From Mycoplasmatales bacterium (GTDB taxonomy: Bacteria; Bacillota_I; Bacilli_A; Mycoplasmatales; G963692675): a DNA stretch of 64,000 nt. Shown here piece by piece: positions 38,277 to 48,968 of this stretch (the stretch's first letter is position 1; every line of letters starts with the position of its first letter). The DNA lies in assembly GCA_963692675.1 (NCBI GenBank), contig OY830043.1:99008-163007 (forward strand), in the 5' to 3' direction. Position numbers and translations under genes: made by a program. Under the pieces are notes generated by a model. It was not told where the DNA came from. It did no database searches and saw nothing but the letters and a program-made list of their open reading frames with translations.

Positions 38277-39452
38277 TTAATTTATTCATGGGAGATTAAT
38301 CTCAGGAAATAGTTTTACTACTAAGCGGTCTGGGATTTCATAATGAGAATTATTATTAATACTTGGTAAAGGAATAAAACCAACATCACGAACTAATTTT
38401 CTTCCCGAAAATGTTAATCTGAAAAAATCAAGAATTTTGATAATCCGATCCAAATTTTTATTTTCTGTATCATAAAGAAAATTCAAGTTTCTTGTTCACT
38501 TATATTCATTATTTATAATAGTTTCCTCAGAAGGATTAACTTGTTGATTATTAAATTTAATTGATACAATTACTTCACCATTACTATTCTTTGTATTAGA
38601 TAATCCTTCTACAAAACCAAATGAAATATAAGATGCAGCTGATCTTGATGCTTTAACAGCTTGTTCTGCTGCTGAATTTGCTTCATTTGTTGTTTGGAGA
38701 GCATTTTTAGTAATACGAGCCTCTATTATTTCTCCAAATAAATCATCATTAAGTCATGCATAATTTGTGTTGGTTGTTAAGTTAGCAATTTGAAGAAATC
38801 CATCTCTCGTTCCTGATGCTGTGGTGTTTCTGGTATATAGATCAATATTTTCATTACATGAAGTATTAAAAAGTTCACTTAAAACTGGATTGTTTCTCGA
38901 AATAGACAAGTTAACATTTCCTCTGGAAATGGTATCATTAGAAATTAAGATGTCTCCGGTAGCTGAAGCTAAATTAGAGAACATTGCTTCAGTCATGCCG
39001 GTATAAGCATTAATAATTTTTTCAGGACTAGTTGTGAAAATTGTATCATTACAAGATGATGGTATTTTTGCATAGATAACAATAACATCTAATGCTATTT
39101 TGATTGTGCGCACTGTATTCCATTTAGTTCCTGCATTAATTACTTCTTCTAGTTTTGGATCACGTGAAGAATTACCTATATCAGCCTTCTTTTCATATGC
39201 TGCACGCACTCCATTACCTGAGCCAGTAGAACTAATTTCTAAACTTACATTAAATCGCTTTTGAATTTCTTCTTGTGCAGTTGTTCACAAAGGATAAATA
39301 GTACTACTTCCAGATGTTCGTAAATGAATAAGTGTATTACTATCGTTTTCTTTTCCATTAAATTTATCAATTGCTATTCCTAATGATGTAAAAGATACAA
39401 TTAAAAGAATAACCATACAAATTCACATTATACGGTTACTTCTACCATACAT
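38277..39452 (-). CDS. pstS: phosphate ABC transporter substrate-binding protein
   Basis: ATG at 39452 follows an AGGAGG Shine-Dalgarno. N-terminal signal/anchor helix, then SGSSTIYP and SSTGSGNGV motifs typical of PstS. Fragments 38754-39209 and 38286-38486 are in frame. Confidence 0.75.
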
Positions 39453-39480
39453 ATAGTTCCTCCTATCACAAAATAAGTTT

Positions 39481-39522
39481 ATTATAATCTTAATAAGAAA
39501 ATATAACTTTTTTCTTATAAGA
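39481..39522 (-). promoter_or_regulatory. candidate pstS promoter (-10 TATAAT) with two TCTTA..TAAGA inverted repeats
   Basis: Read on the minus strand, TATAAT is at 39486-39481. Palindromes TCTTAATAAGA (39488-39498) and TCTTATAAGA (39513-39522) lie just upstream. The DNA is AT-rich, so chance is not excluded. Confidence 0.25.
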
Positions 39523-39570
39523 GTAATTGCAAGAAAAAACTTTAAAATAATGAATAACTAAAATATCTAT

Positions 39571-40176
39571 TTATCTACGACGATAAGCAGGTTGAGTATT
39601 TACATTATCATTCTCTTCATCAGGACCATCATTTTTAAACTGATCATTTTTATCTCTACGATATTGATAAGGAAATGGTCTTTGCCGACGCCTTTGCATT
39701 GGTCTTCTTAAGTTTCTAGTGTCAGAAAAGCTTCTGTCTTCTGTAGATCTTGATGGAAAATCCGGCTCATGTGATTCTTGAAGATTCTGGTTCTCAGTTG
39801 AAGTAGCATAAACATTGTTATTTCTTGGTAACCCAAATTTTCTTGAAGCCTTTGTTAATTCACTTTTAGCTGTATTTATTTTTTCAAGCAAAGTTTTTTT
39901 CCTTGTTGGAAATCTCTCATACTCACCATCATGTTGTTGAATTGGTGTTTTTGGAGTTCTTAAAGATGCAGTGGCACTAGCTGGAATAGGTTTCTTTATA
40001 TCTCCTTTAGGTGAATCATTTATTTCTATCACAACTAAAGCACAATGCCGATACCCATCATAATATGCAGAGAAACTGGTAATTCTTGCTCCTGCATTAT
40101 CAGCTAAAAAACGTTGGGTATTTGTATGTAATTCAGCAAGGGTTTTTCCACCAATCCGATAACTAACATATTTCAT
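39571..40176 (-). CDS. hypothetical protein: ~55-aa compact N-domain plus ~145-aa Arg/Pro/Asn-rich disordered tail
   Basis: Intact track ORF of 201 aa with a GGGGAGG Shine-Dalgarno. The tail reads RRPMQRRRQRPFPYQYRRDKNDQ...AYRRR. Confidence 0.55.
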   Translation of the reverse strand: MKYVSYRIGGKTLAELHTNTQRFLADNAGARITSFSAYYDGYRHCALVVIEINDSPKGDIKKPIPASATASLRTPKTPIQQHDGEYERFPTRKKTLLEKINTAKSELTKASRKFGLPRNNNVYATSTENQNLQESHEPDFPSRSTEDRSFSDTRNLRRPMQRRRQRPFPYQYRRDKNDQFKNDGPDEENDNVNTQPAYRRR

Positions 40177-40219
40177 TTTCTACCTCCCCTATTATCTTAC
40201 ATATATTATAATACTTATT

Positions 40220-41191
40220 TTAATTATTTAGAAAAACTGCTTGATTATAAGGAATCTCAAATGTAACAGAAGTCCCAATATTCACATGAGAAATGATTTT
40301 AATATCCCCACCTAATCGATAAAGTAATTTTTTCACAATGTATAAACCAAGACCAACACCATTTTTCTTTTGTTTCATATTGTCAGAAAAAAAGGGAACA
40401 AAAATGTTTTCTAGATTTTTCTTCTTAATCCCTAATCCACTATCTTCAATTACACAAACAAGTTTTTTCTCCTCTAATCATATACAAACACTTATTGAGT
40501 CATTTTTATCAACATATTTAGTTGAATTATCCAATAACGAAAAGACAATTCGTTCTAAGATTTGAATTCCCCCAACTATTGACACCTTTTCTATTTGATT
40601 TTTAGTATTATCAAAAGAATACTCAATATTTTTATCTGCTCATGAAGCTAAATATTTATTTTTAATTGAATCTTGGAGATCTTTTATTGAAACCATGGCA
40701 TAATTATCTCATCAAAATTCAATTGTTCCTAATTCCATTAATGAATTAATTGTTAATTCGAGCATGCCACAAGCTCGGTTAATAATTTCTTTTTCCTTCT
40801 TCTTTGTTTTCATTAAATCAGTAGCTCAGCGAATTTTTGTTAGTGGAGTTTTTAATTCATGTCCCACAGCTAACAACATGTCATCAAAAGCTTGATTAGA
40901 AAAGGAAGTAGCTAAAATAAAACAATAATAATCATTTTCTCACTTTTGGGTTCCCTCAATTTTTATTTTTTTTAGAATATAATTTTGATTTAAAAATGTA
41001 ATTTGGGAACCATCCTCAATATAAATATATGGATTCAAATGTGAAAAGAATACTCTAGGAGAATGGGAGGTTTGAAAATGACAAATATTTGCAAAATGTT
41101 TATTTCAGAGAACAACTTTTTTGTCATCAATAATAACTGCTGGTTGTTTTATAATGTGTAAAATTTTTTTAATGAAATCCAGATTCTTCAT
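40220..41191 (-). CDS. sensor histidine kinase, cytoplasmic (no TM segment), 323 aa
   Basis: Hand translation (absent from the track because of TGA codons). H-box GHELKTPLT, N-box LLDNSTKY, G1 DSGLGI, G2 GVGLGL. Length is an exact multiple of 3 from ATG 41191 to TAA 40220. Confidence 0.8.
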
Positions 41192-41874
41192 TATAATTTC
41201 GAACTCCCAAAACAATATCCCTTATTTTTAACATATAAAATAAATTGCTTTCCAAGTTTTTTTCTAATACTAGAAATACATGAACGTAAGCGATTAGTAA
41301 TGATTGTTGCTTCATTAATTCCTCATATATGAGATAATAAATCTTTTCTTGTTACTTCTTTTTGTTTTTCATAAAGTAGTTTTATTATTGCTACTTCTTT
41401 GTGTTCTAATCTAATCACAGTACCATTTTTTTTGGCAGTTCTTTTTTCAAAATTAATTTCTCATGAACCAATTTGAATTTTAGAAATTAAATTTGCCTTG
41501 ATTCCTTTTCTAATATGTGTTTTTATATGTTGCACAAGAACATCAGCAGAATAGGGTTTAGTTAAGTAATGATCAGCTCCTAATACTAAACATTCAATTT
41601 GTTTTTTAGGGTCATGTATGGCACTATGCATCATTATCAATGCATGAGGGTATTTTTCTCTAATAGTATCCACCATTTTGTCACCATTAAATCCTGGTAT
41701 CATTATATCAAGAATAAAACAATACTGAAAATCATTAATAATGGGTGAATGAATTATGGTTTTAAATAATGCTGGTCCATTTTGAAATAATGTTACTTCT
41801 CATTTCTGTTCTTTTAGAACTTTACTCACTAAATATGCTAAATCTAGATCATCTTCTAATAAATAGATTTTCAT
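41191..41874 (-). CDS. OmpR/PhoB-family response regulator (227 aa)
   Basis: Starts MKIYLLEDD. Has the phospho-acceptor region ILDIMIPG, LTKP, and a C-terminal winged helix ending GYCF. ORF 41461-41703 is the central fragment. The TAA overlaps the kinase ATG (TAATG). Confidence 0.85.
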
Positions 41875-41878
41875 TAAA

Positions 41879-44017
41879 TTATTTTCCTGTTCATGACCAA
41901 TTTTTACTTTTCTTTTTTGTTATGCATTTTCCTATTTTTGCATAATTAACTAAAACTCTGTCTTCAAGATCATCAATAATTATTCCTTTACCAAATTTCT
42001 TATGATAAATGATTGAATTGATAGCAAAATTGTTTTTTGCTAGTTGCTTAGGATTTTTCTTTTTAACATATTCTACTTTTTCTGATTCTTCTTTATTAAA
42101 AAAAATATCTAAGACTTGTAAAAAACGGGATTTTGTAGTATAGGTATGTTCATAATCATGACAGCTTAAATATAAATAATCTTTAGCTCTAGTTATAGCA
42201 ACATAAAACAAGCGTCATTCTTCCTTTATTTTTATTGTATTCTCTCTGAATAAGGTATTTTTATGGAGAGGAAAATGTCCTTCCATTAGGGACACAATAA
42301 AAACATGTCGATATTCTTTACCCTTTGCTTTATGAAAAGTCATCAGGGAAACATATTCATCACTAGCAATGGTTTCTGTCCCATCTAAAAGCTTTAATTT
42401 ATCTAAGTATGTTGATAATGTAGTTGTATCATCCTTAAAAGCCTCTTTCATGTCTTGAAGTAATTCTTCAATATTTTCTCTTCGTTCATCTTGTTCAAGT
42501 TTTCCTTCAAACATTCCAAAATAGCTAATATCTTTTAAAAATGTTCAGAAAGCTTTATTGATTTCTTGAGAATTTTGTTTGATCTTATTTCTGATTTTTA
42601 AAAGCGCTTCTTTTAGAATTTGTAACTTACTTCTTGCTTTTTTAGAAAATAGATATTGACTGTTTGAATGAAATATGAGAGTACTTAGACTTGTTTCTGT
42701 TTTTGATGCTACCTCATAAAGCTTATTTATGGTTGTTGAACCAATTCCTTTTTTTGGAGCACTCATAATTCTTTCAATATGTAAATCATTAGCTGTACGA
42801 TTAATTAGTGATAAATAAGCAATAGCATCTTGGATTTCTTTCCGATTAAAAAAAGTATAGGCTCCAATTACTTTATAGGTTATTCCTTTCATGAGCAGTA
42901 ATTTCTCATAGGAAGCACTTTCTCTATTAGTCCGATAAAGAATAGCCATTTCCTTTAGCTTTTCACCAGCTAAAGCTAATTCATGGATTTTATTCACAAC
43001 AGTTTTTGCTTGTTCATGATAATCATCCAAATGATAAAATTTAATTTCACCCTTATTTCTTCTAATAGAAAGCAAATCCTTGTGTTTTTCTTCATCAAAT
43101 TTTGTTGTTATTTGTTCTCTAATTATATTTGCAGCAGCAACAATTTTTTGACCACTTCGAAAATTCTCAACCAAAGCATAGGTTTTTGTTTTAGGAAAAG
43201 TATGACAAAAATCAATAGTCAAAAATTCACTTTTTGCACCTCTTCACGTATAAATTGTTTGGAAAGGATCACCTACTACAAAAATATTGTTTGTTAGTGG
43301 GTTAACTAAATGATTAATTATTATTGCTTGATCATGGGATGTATCTTGAAATTCATCAACTAAAAGATAATCAATTCGTTTTTGTCAACGTTTTCTGACA
43401 TCCTCATTTTCATCTAATATTTTTCTTGTGATCACAATTAAATCATCAAAATCCAAAAGATTCATATGTTGTTGATGATTAATATATTCATTAAATATGT
43501 TTTCATAAATAGCTCTTTCACCATGTTTTAATTGAAAATTACTAGGACCACTTTTTTTCTTGCTCGCAATAAAACTCAGAATTAATGAATAACTAATATC
43601 ACTATAAGTAATATTAAGCTCTTTATAAATTTTCTTTAAAACCACTTTTTGAGCATTTCTATCTAAAATATCAAAGTTACGATTAAACTTTAATTCATTG
43701 GTGACATGTTCTATTTCTCCTCATTTTTTTAAAAATTGATAACAAAATGAATGATAAGTAGAAATTCATGGTATTACCTGATCTATACCTAATAATTGTT
43801 GAACCCGTTTCTTCATTTCATTTGCTGCTAAATTTGTAAAAGTAAGAGCTACTATTTTATTTGGGTTACTTCCTTTTACTACAAGATGAACAAGGCGGTG
43901 AGTCAGGACTCTTGTTTTACCTGACCCAGGACCAGCAATAACTCGAATTGGACCAAAAGGAGCAGTAACAATTTTCTTTTGTGTTAAAGTTAAATCTTTA
44001 AGGTAATTAGTTTTCAT
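41879..44017 (-). CDS. pcrA: ATP-dependent DNA helicase PcrA/UvrD
   Basis: Five same-frame fragments (43766-44017 down to 41891-42211). Walker A AGPGSGKTRVLTHR is present, along with helicase motifs such as FYVAITRAK. Confidence 0.9.
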
Positions 44018-44171
44018 TTTCCATTGCCTTTATATTGACTTTTTTTCTTCCTTGTTGACTTTTTATTTCCATTTTTAATTTAAAAAATCTTTTCAAGTTA
44101 ATGAAATAGTTTCATGATTTGATATTTCTGAACAATTCTAATGCTGTCAAATTTAACTCCATGTTGTCTAG

Positions 44172-44894
44172 TTATTTAATAACCCTAATTTTTTCTTTTA
44201 ATCAACTATCTTTTATTATTAATGATGCTTTATCAATGATAATTTCCCCAGGGCGTTTTTTATTAAAGCTAATATTTTTTTTCTTGTTTTCTATAGTTCC
44301 TTTTGTTTCAATTTTCTTATAAATAAAAATTCATGTATTAGCCAGGTAGTCGTAAACTGTTTTTTTTTCTTTTGAAATAACTAGGGTAATCAATGACACT
44401 AGATATAAGGATGAGGAAGTAAAAAAGGATATTCGAAAAGGAAGAGTTGCAGCAGATTCATTTCAGTTTGTAATGAAAGTAGATTTAAATAGTTCCTGAA
44501 ACTCAAATTCACTAAACGCAAGAGGAATAAATGATGTAGTGATCATTGGCATTATTACAATAAAAAATTCCCGAAAAAAAAGTTCATATTGATACTTTTT
44601 TTTATTGTGGAATCAAACATGAATATTCAAAAAATATTTAGACATTGTTCTCCCATTCAAAAAAATGGGAATAACAATAAAAAAAACTATAAAAAGAACT
44701 AATGAAAACAAACTTATAGCAATCATTTCAGATCTTATTAAATAAATATTTTTAATATTTTCATTAGTTAATCTTGGCGAAACCAAAAGTAAACCAAAAA
44801 GTAGAATTATGCTGCTGCAAAAGAAAAAATCAAGAAAGCGAGCAAATAGTCTTCGAAATATTGGGCAGTTAACTTTAACTAAATTCTTGTTCAT
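44172..44894 (-). CDS. RDD-family-like membrane protein (240 aa)
   Basis: ORF 44613-44894 extends through TGA codons to a TAA at 44172. Has an N-terminal RRLFARFLDFF motif followed by TM helices. Confidence 0.5.
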
Positions 44895-44900
44895 AAAAAA

Positions 44901-46244
44901 TTAAAAATAAATATGTTTGTATGTTCTTGGGAATAATTGTACATCCTTAATATTTTTGGCACCAGTAAAATACATAATTAAACGATCAATACCAAGGCCA
45001 TAACCACTTGAAGGAGCATAACCTTTTTTACGCATATCTAAATATCACTTGAGAGTTTCTTTATTTGCTTTTTTAAGTAGTTGTTTTTCTAAAAATTGAT
45101 ATCGATGTTCTCTCTGCGACCCTCCTATTATTTCTCCAACAACAGGAACAATAAAATCAAAACTGGCAGAAGTTTTATTGCCAGTATCATACATGTAAAA
45201 TGCTGATGTTGATAAAGGGAAGTTCTTGATAATAATTGGTTTAGAAAAATAATTACACAAGTATTGCTCATGTTCCCGCTGAAGAGCATCACCAAAATCA
45301 AATTTCCTAAACTTAAAATTTTCTTTTGGGGCTTGTTTAAGTAATTCCTGAGCATTAGAATATTCAATTTCTTGATAATCATTTGTTTCAATTTGTTCCA
45401 AACGCATCTGTAAATTAACTTCATAGAATTTTTCTAATTTAACAATGAGCTTTTTATATTTTTTCAATAACATATGTGCAACATAATTCAATGCATTTTT
45501 TGCTTCTTTAATAATATCATTTAAATCATAATATGTTATTTCTGGTTCTAACATTCAAAATTCAGCTGCATGAAATGGAGTGTCAGATTTTTCAGCCCGA
45601 AATGTTGGTCCCAAAGTATAAACTTTATGAAATGACTGGGCTGCTATTTCTGCACACAATTGACCTGAAACAGTAAGGTATGTTGGTTTTGAAAAAAAAT
45701 CAATTTCAGTTTGTAAATCAAACACATCTCCTCCGCCCTCTGTATTATTAGTTGTAATTGTGGGAGTTTGAATTCACATATAATCATTTTTTTTTAGATA
45801 TTCCATTAATAATGATATTATTATTTCTCTAGCTCGCTGTGTGTATGTCATTATGGAAGTTGATAAGCGATATTCTTGCTTGGTTCTTAAATACTCTAAA
45901 GTCTGTTCCTTTTTTTGAAGTGGATAATCATCAATAACCAAATTTAAGTGCAGTATTTTGTTAACATGAATTTCAAAATTTTGTTCTCGATCAGGTGTTT
46001 TTTTTACTATTCCTTCAATAATTAAGGGAGTATTAATTCCTAATTGTGAAACCTTTAGGTCATTATTGGTTCGAAAAATAACTAAGTGAACATTATTGAA
46101 ACTAGTGCCATCATTAATTTCAATAAAAAAAAGCTTCTTACTTGTTCGTAATGTTCGGCAATGTCCTTGGACTACAATTGTTTCTTTGTTCTTAGCAAGA
46201 AGTTCATAATTTTCCCACAGTGACTTGCAGGTATATTTATTCAT
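44901..46244 (-). CDS. asnS: asparagine--tRNA ligase
   Basis: Fragments 45774-46244 (OB anticodon-binding domain) and 45045-45554 are in frame. The C-terminal class II motif 3 region reads [12 protein letters not shown] at 44901. Confidence 0.9.
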
Positions 46245-46262
46245 TGAATAAAAAAAACTAGC

Positions 46263-46643
46263 TTAATTTCCTACTTTTGGTTTTGGATCAGAAGGTTCTT
46301 CTTTTTTCTCTGTTTCAGAAGTTTTAGTTGTTGCAGGGGTACTAACGCCTGCAACTTCATAAAAATCCTTTGCACTAACAATTTCATTTGATAAATTAAT
46401 TATCTTGTCACGAACAACTTGGATTTGCATGTCATTTAATCGTGGATGAACAGATATAATTAAATTAGTTGCTTTAGGATGTCTAAAGAAATTAGTTGCT
46501 TTAAAACGTTCCTTTTCATCTTTTGTTAATTGATCATCCTGTTCTATAATTGTTTCATAATTTCGTTTACTTAATTGCACAACATTTGTATATGCAGTAA
46601 CCTCTTCATGAAATATTCTTCTTACAAGTTCTACTAACTTCAT
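46263..46643 (-). CDS. hypothetical protein (126 aa)
   Basis: Intact ORF with an AGGAGAGG Shine-Dalgarno and a C-terminal Thr/Lys/Glu/Pro-rich tail. No motif recognised. Confidence 0.5.
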   Translation of the reverse strand: MKLVELVRRIFHEEVTAYTNVVQLSKRNYETIIEQDDQLTKDEKERFKATNFFRHPKATNLIISVHPRLNDMQIQVVRDKIINLSNEIVSAKDFYEVAGVSTPATTKTSETEKKEEPSDPKPKVGN

Positions 46644-46752
46644 AACCTCTCCTTTAATCTTTACAATAATATTATAAATTATATATTAAATTATTTAATT
46701 ATTAAATACATATTCAAAAATTGTTTTAGAAATTTTATCTTAAAGATTCAAT

Positions 46753-47112
46753 CTATTTTGTAGGTAGAGATTTTTTAATAAAAGGACTATCTGGATAAGC
46801 AGGGATTAAATGAATGTGAGTGTGAAAAATTTCTTGCATTCCATCTTTTTGGCAATTAACTTGAATACGATAGCCAGATGGATGATATGTTTTAGTTAAA
46901 TAAATTTGTGCTTGGTCAATAAGTGCTCATAAATGTTGTTTTATTGCTAAGGGGGTTTCAAAATAACTGGCATAATGTTGTTTTGTAATAATCAAAAGAT
47001 GTCCTTTTCTTGAAGGATATTTATCTTTAATGACATAACCTCATTTATTCTCAATAAGAATTAATTCTCTTTGTTTTTGCAACTCACAAAACAAACAGTT
47101 TTTTATTTTCAT
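46753..47112 (-). CDS. HIT-family nucleotide hydrolase/transferase
   Basis: Hand translation contains the histidine triad HTHIHLIP. 119 aa. The ATG overlaps the end of the upstream MATE gene. Confidence 0.8.
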
Positions 47113-48584
47113 ATTTTTCTCCTAAACAATTTATTTATTGAATTCTTCATTATTTCAAATGTATTATTTTGATTTTTCAAGGTAAGATTTTGAATTCAAT
47201 CATAGCGTAAATATAATGAATAAAGAATAAAAGATTTAAAAAAATCTGAAAAAGATACAACAGCATATATTGAAAGATAACCAATACTTGTAAAGTATGT
47301 AGCAAGTACCCCAACAGCATTGATTATTCAATTAGTTAAAACATCTCCAATCATTCCTTGCAGCACTTTGCCTCCTGCTCAAAGAACATTAACAGAAACC
47401 ATTTCTAAAGAAAATGAGGTATTCATGAAACACAATAATAAAATAACAAATAATAAATTAAGTTCAAATGTTGCTTTATCAAGAGTTGAACTTGAAGTAA
47501 CATTATACATTTTAACAATACCATATGCAGCAGATGCGAAAATCATCGAGTAAATAAAAGCAACAAAACCTACAATTCTCATTAATCTTGCTGCATAGAT
47601 TTTTGCATCTTTTAATCTATTAGCGCCTAAGGACCGCCCAACAAAAAAACCTATTGCCCCAGAAAAACTTGAATGAGTAGCAAATAAAACCATGATAATT
47701 ACATGTGCACTCCCTATTACTGCTGCTGCATCATCACCCCGTCTTGTTGTTAATCAAAATTGAAAAATTAATGATGAAGATCATAAAGCTTCATTAAGAA
47801 TTAAAATTGATTTAAGTCACATTTTTCTTGATACTTCTCATGAAAAATGCCAAGGCATTAAAAACCCTTTAAATTCTTGAATCCGAAAAATAAGTAAAAT
47901 TGTAATTGCTACTAAGAATTCAATTCCTCTAGCGATGATAGTTGCTAGAGCAACTCCTTGAACTTCTAATTTTGGAACAAAAATTCCATTAATATAAAAA
48001 TAATTAAGAATAATTTTCACAATTAAACTTGCTATTGAAATTCAAATAATTAAAGATGCTCTCCCCACTCTTGTTAATGCTCAAATAATAGTAAAAACAA
48101 TTGCATTTGATATTCATGAAAATGAGATTATTTTTATGTATTCTGCTCCAAGCTTGATGTTTGTTTCATCTGTTAAAAATATTCTTATAAACGAATCAGC
48201 AAAGAATTGCACAAATAAAACAAGCAAACAAGATCAAAGTAATGTTCAATATGCAGTAACTGTCAGGGTACATTTAGTTTCTTCAGAGTATTTATTTTTA
48301 CCATGATACTGAACAAAATAAATAAAGCCCATTTGAAGCATTCCTGAAATTGTAGCTACAGCAAAGAAGTTTATTTCTGCAGCAGCATTTATTGAGGCTA
48401 ATTTATCAGTTCCTAATGGAGCAATCATTACTGAATCAATAATATTAATAAGAACTACTAAGACTGCAGATAAATAAATTGGAAGAGCAATAACAGCAAT
48501 TTTTTTTGCAAAAGATTTTGGAGAAATTTTTTTTTCAAATCAAGAACTAACTAATTGACCTAAATTCTTTTTCTTTATTTTCAT
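47103..48584 (-). CDS. MATE/MOP-superfamily efflux transporter (493 aa)
   Basis: Fragments 48246-48428, 47838-48020 and 47379-47693 are in frame. About 12 hydrophobic helices. The N-terminal pattern IALPIYLS...IIDSVMIAPLG is typical of MATE proteins. Confidence 0.65.
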
Positions 48585-48671
48585 TTTGTTTCCCTTAACT
48601 TCAATAGTATTTACATTCTATATGAATATCTTAACCGCCTTCCTTTATACTTAGTAAGTACAGTATTTTTC

Positions 48672-48748
48672 TGGTGGGACTGAGTGGACTCGAACCACCG
48701 ACCTCACGATTATCAGTCGAGCGCTCTAACCAACTGAGCTACAGCCCC
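48672..48748 (-). tRNA. tRNA-Ile (anticodon GAU)
   Basis: The reverse complement GGGGCTGTAGCTCAGTTGGTTAGAGCG...CTGATAA...GGTTCGAGTCC...CCCACCA folds as a cloverleaf. CCA is encoded. There is one U-U mismatch in the anticodon stem. Confidence 0.85.
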
Positions 48749-48968
48749 TTATTTTTATTATAAGCATAGGTTATTTTTACTTGCTTTTATTAATGCTGTC
48801 ATTATTATTTACATTATAGTTTTTTATCATTTTAATGTTATGCTTATGTTTTTTTATTTAGATAAAAAACCTTATTTTGAAACTTGGTTTATTTAAACTA
48901 ATATAAATAGAAACTATTTTTGATTATAATTTAGTTAACTAACAGGAAGATTTAAATTACCAAACTAG

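Noticed and set aside
45128-45424. 98-aa minus-strand ORF overlapping asnS, and similar antisense ORFs inside pst, celB, glpO, glpF and pcrA (for example 37707-38039, 27344-27541, 21050-21286, 22801-23010, 42983-43297)
   Set aside because: They are off-frame or antisense to genes with strong family motifs. They have no independent support.
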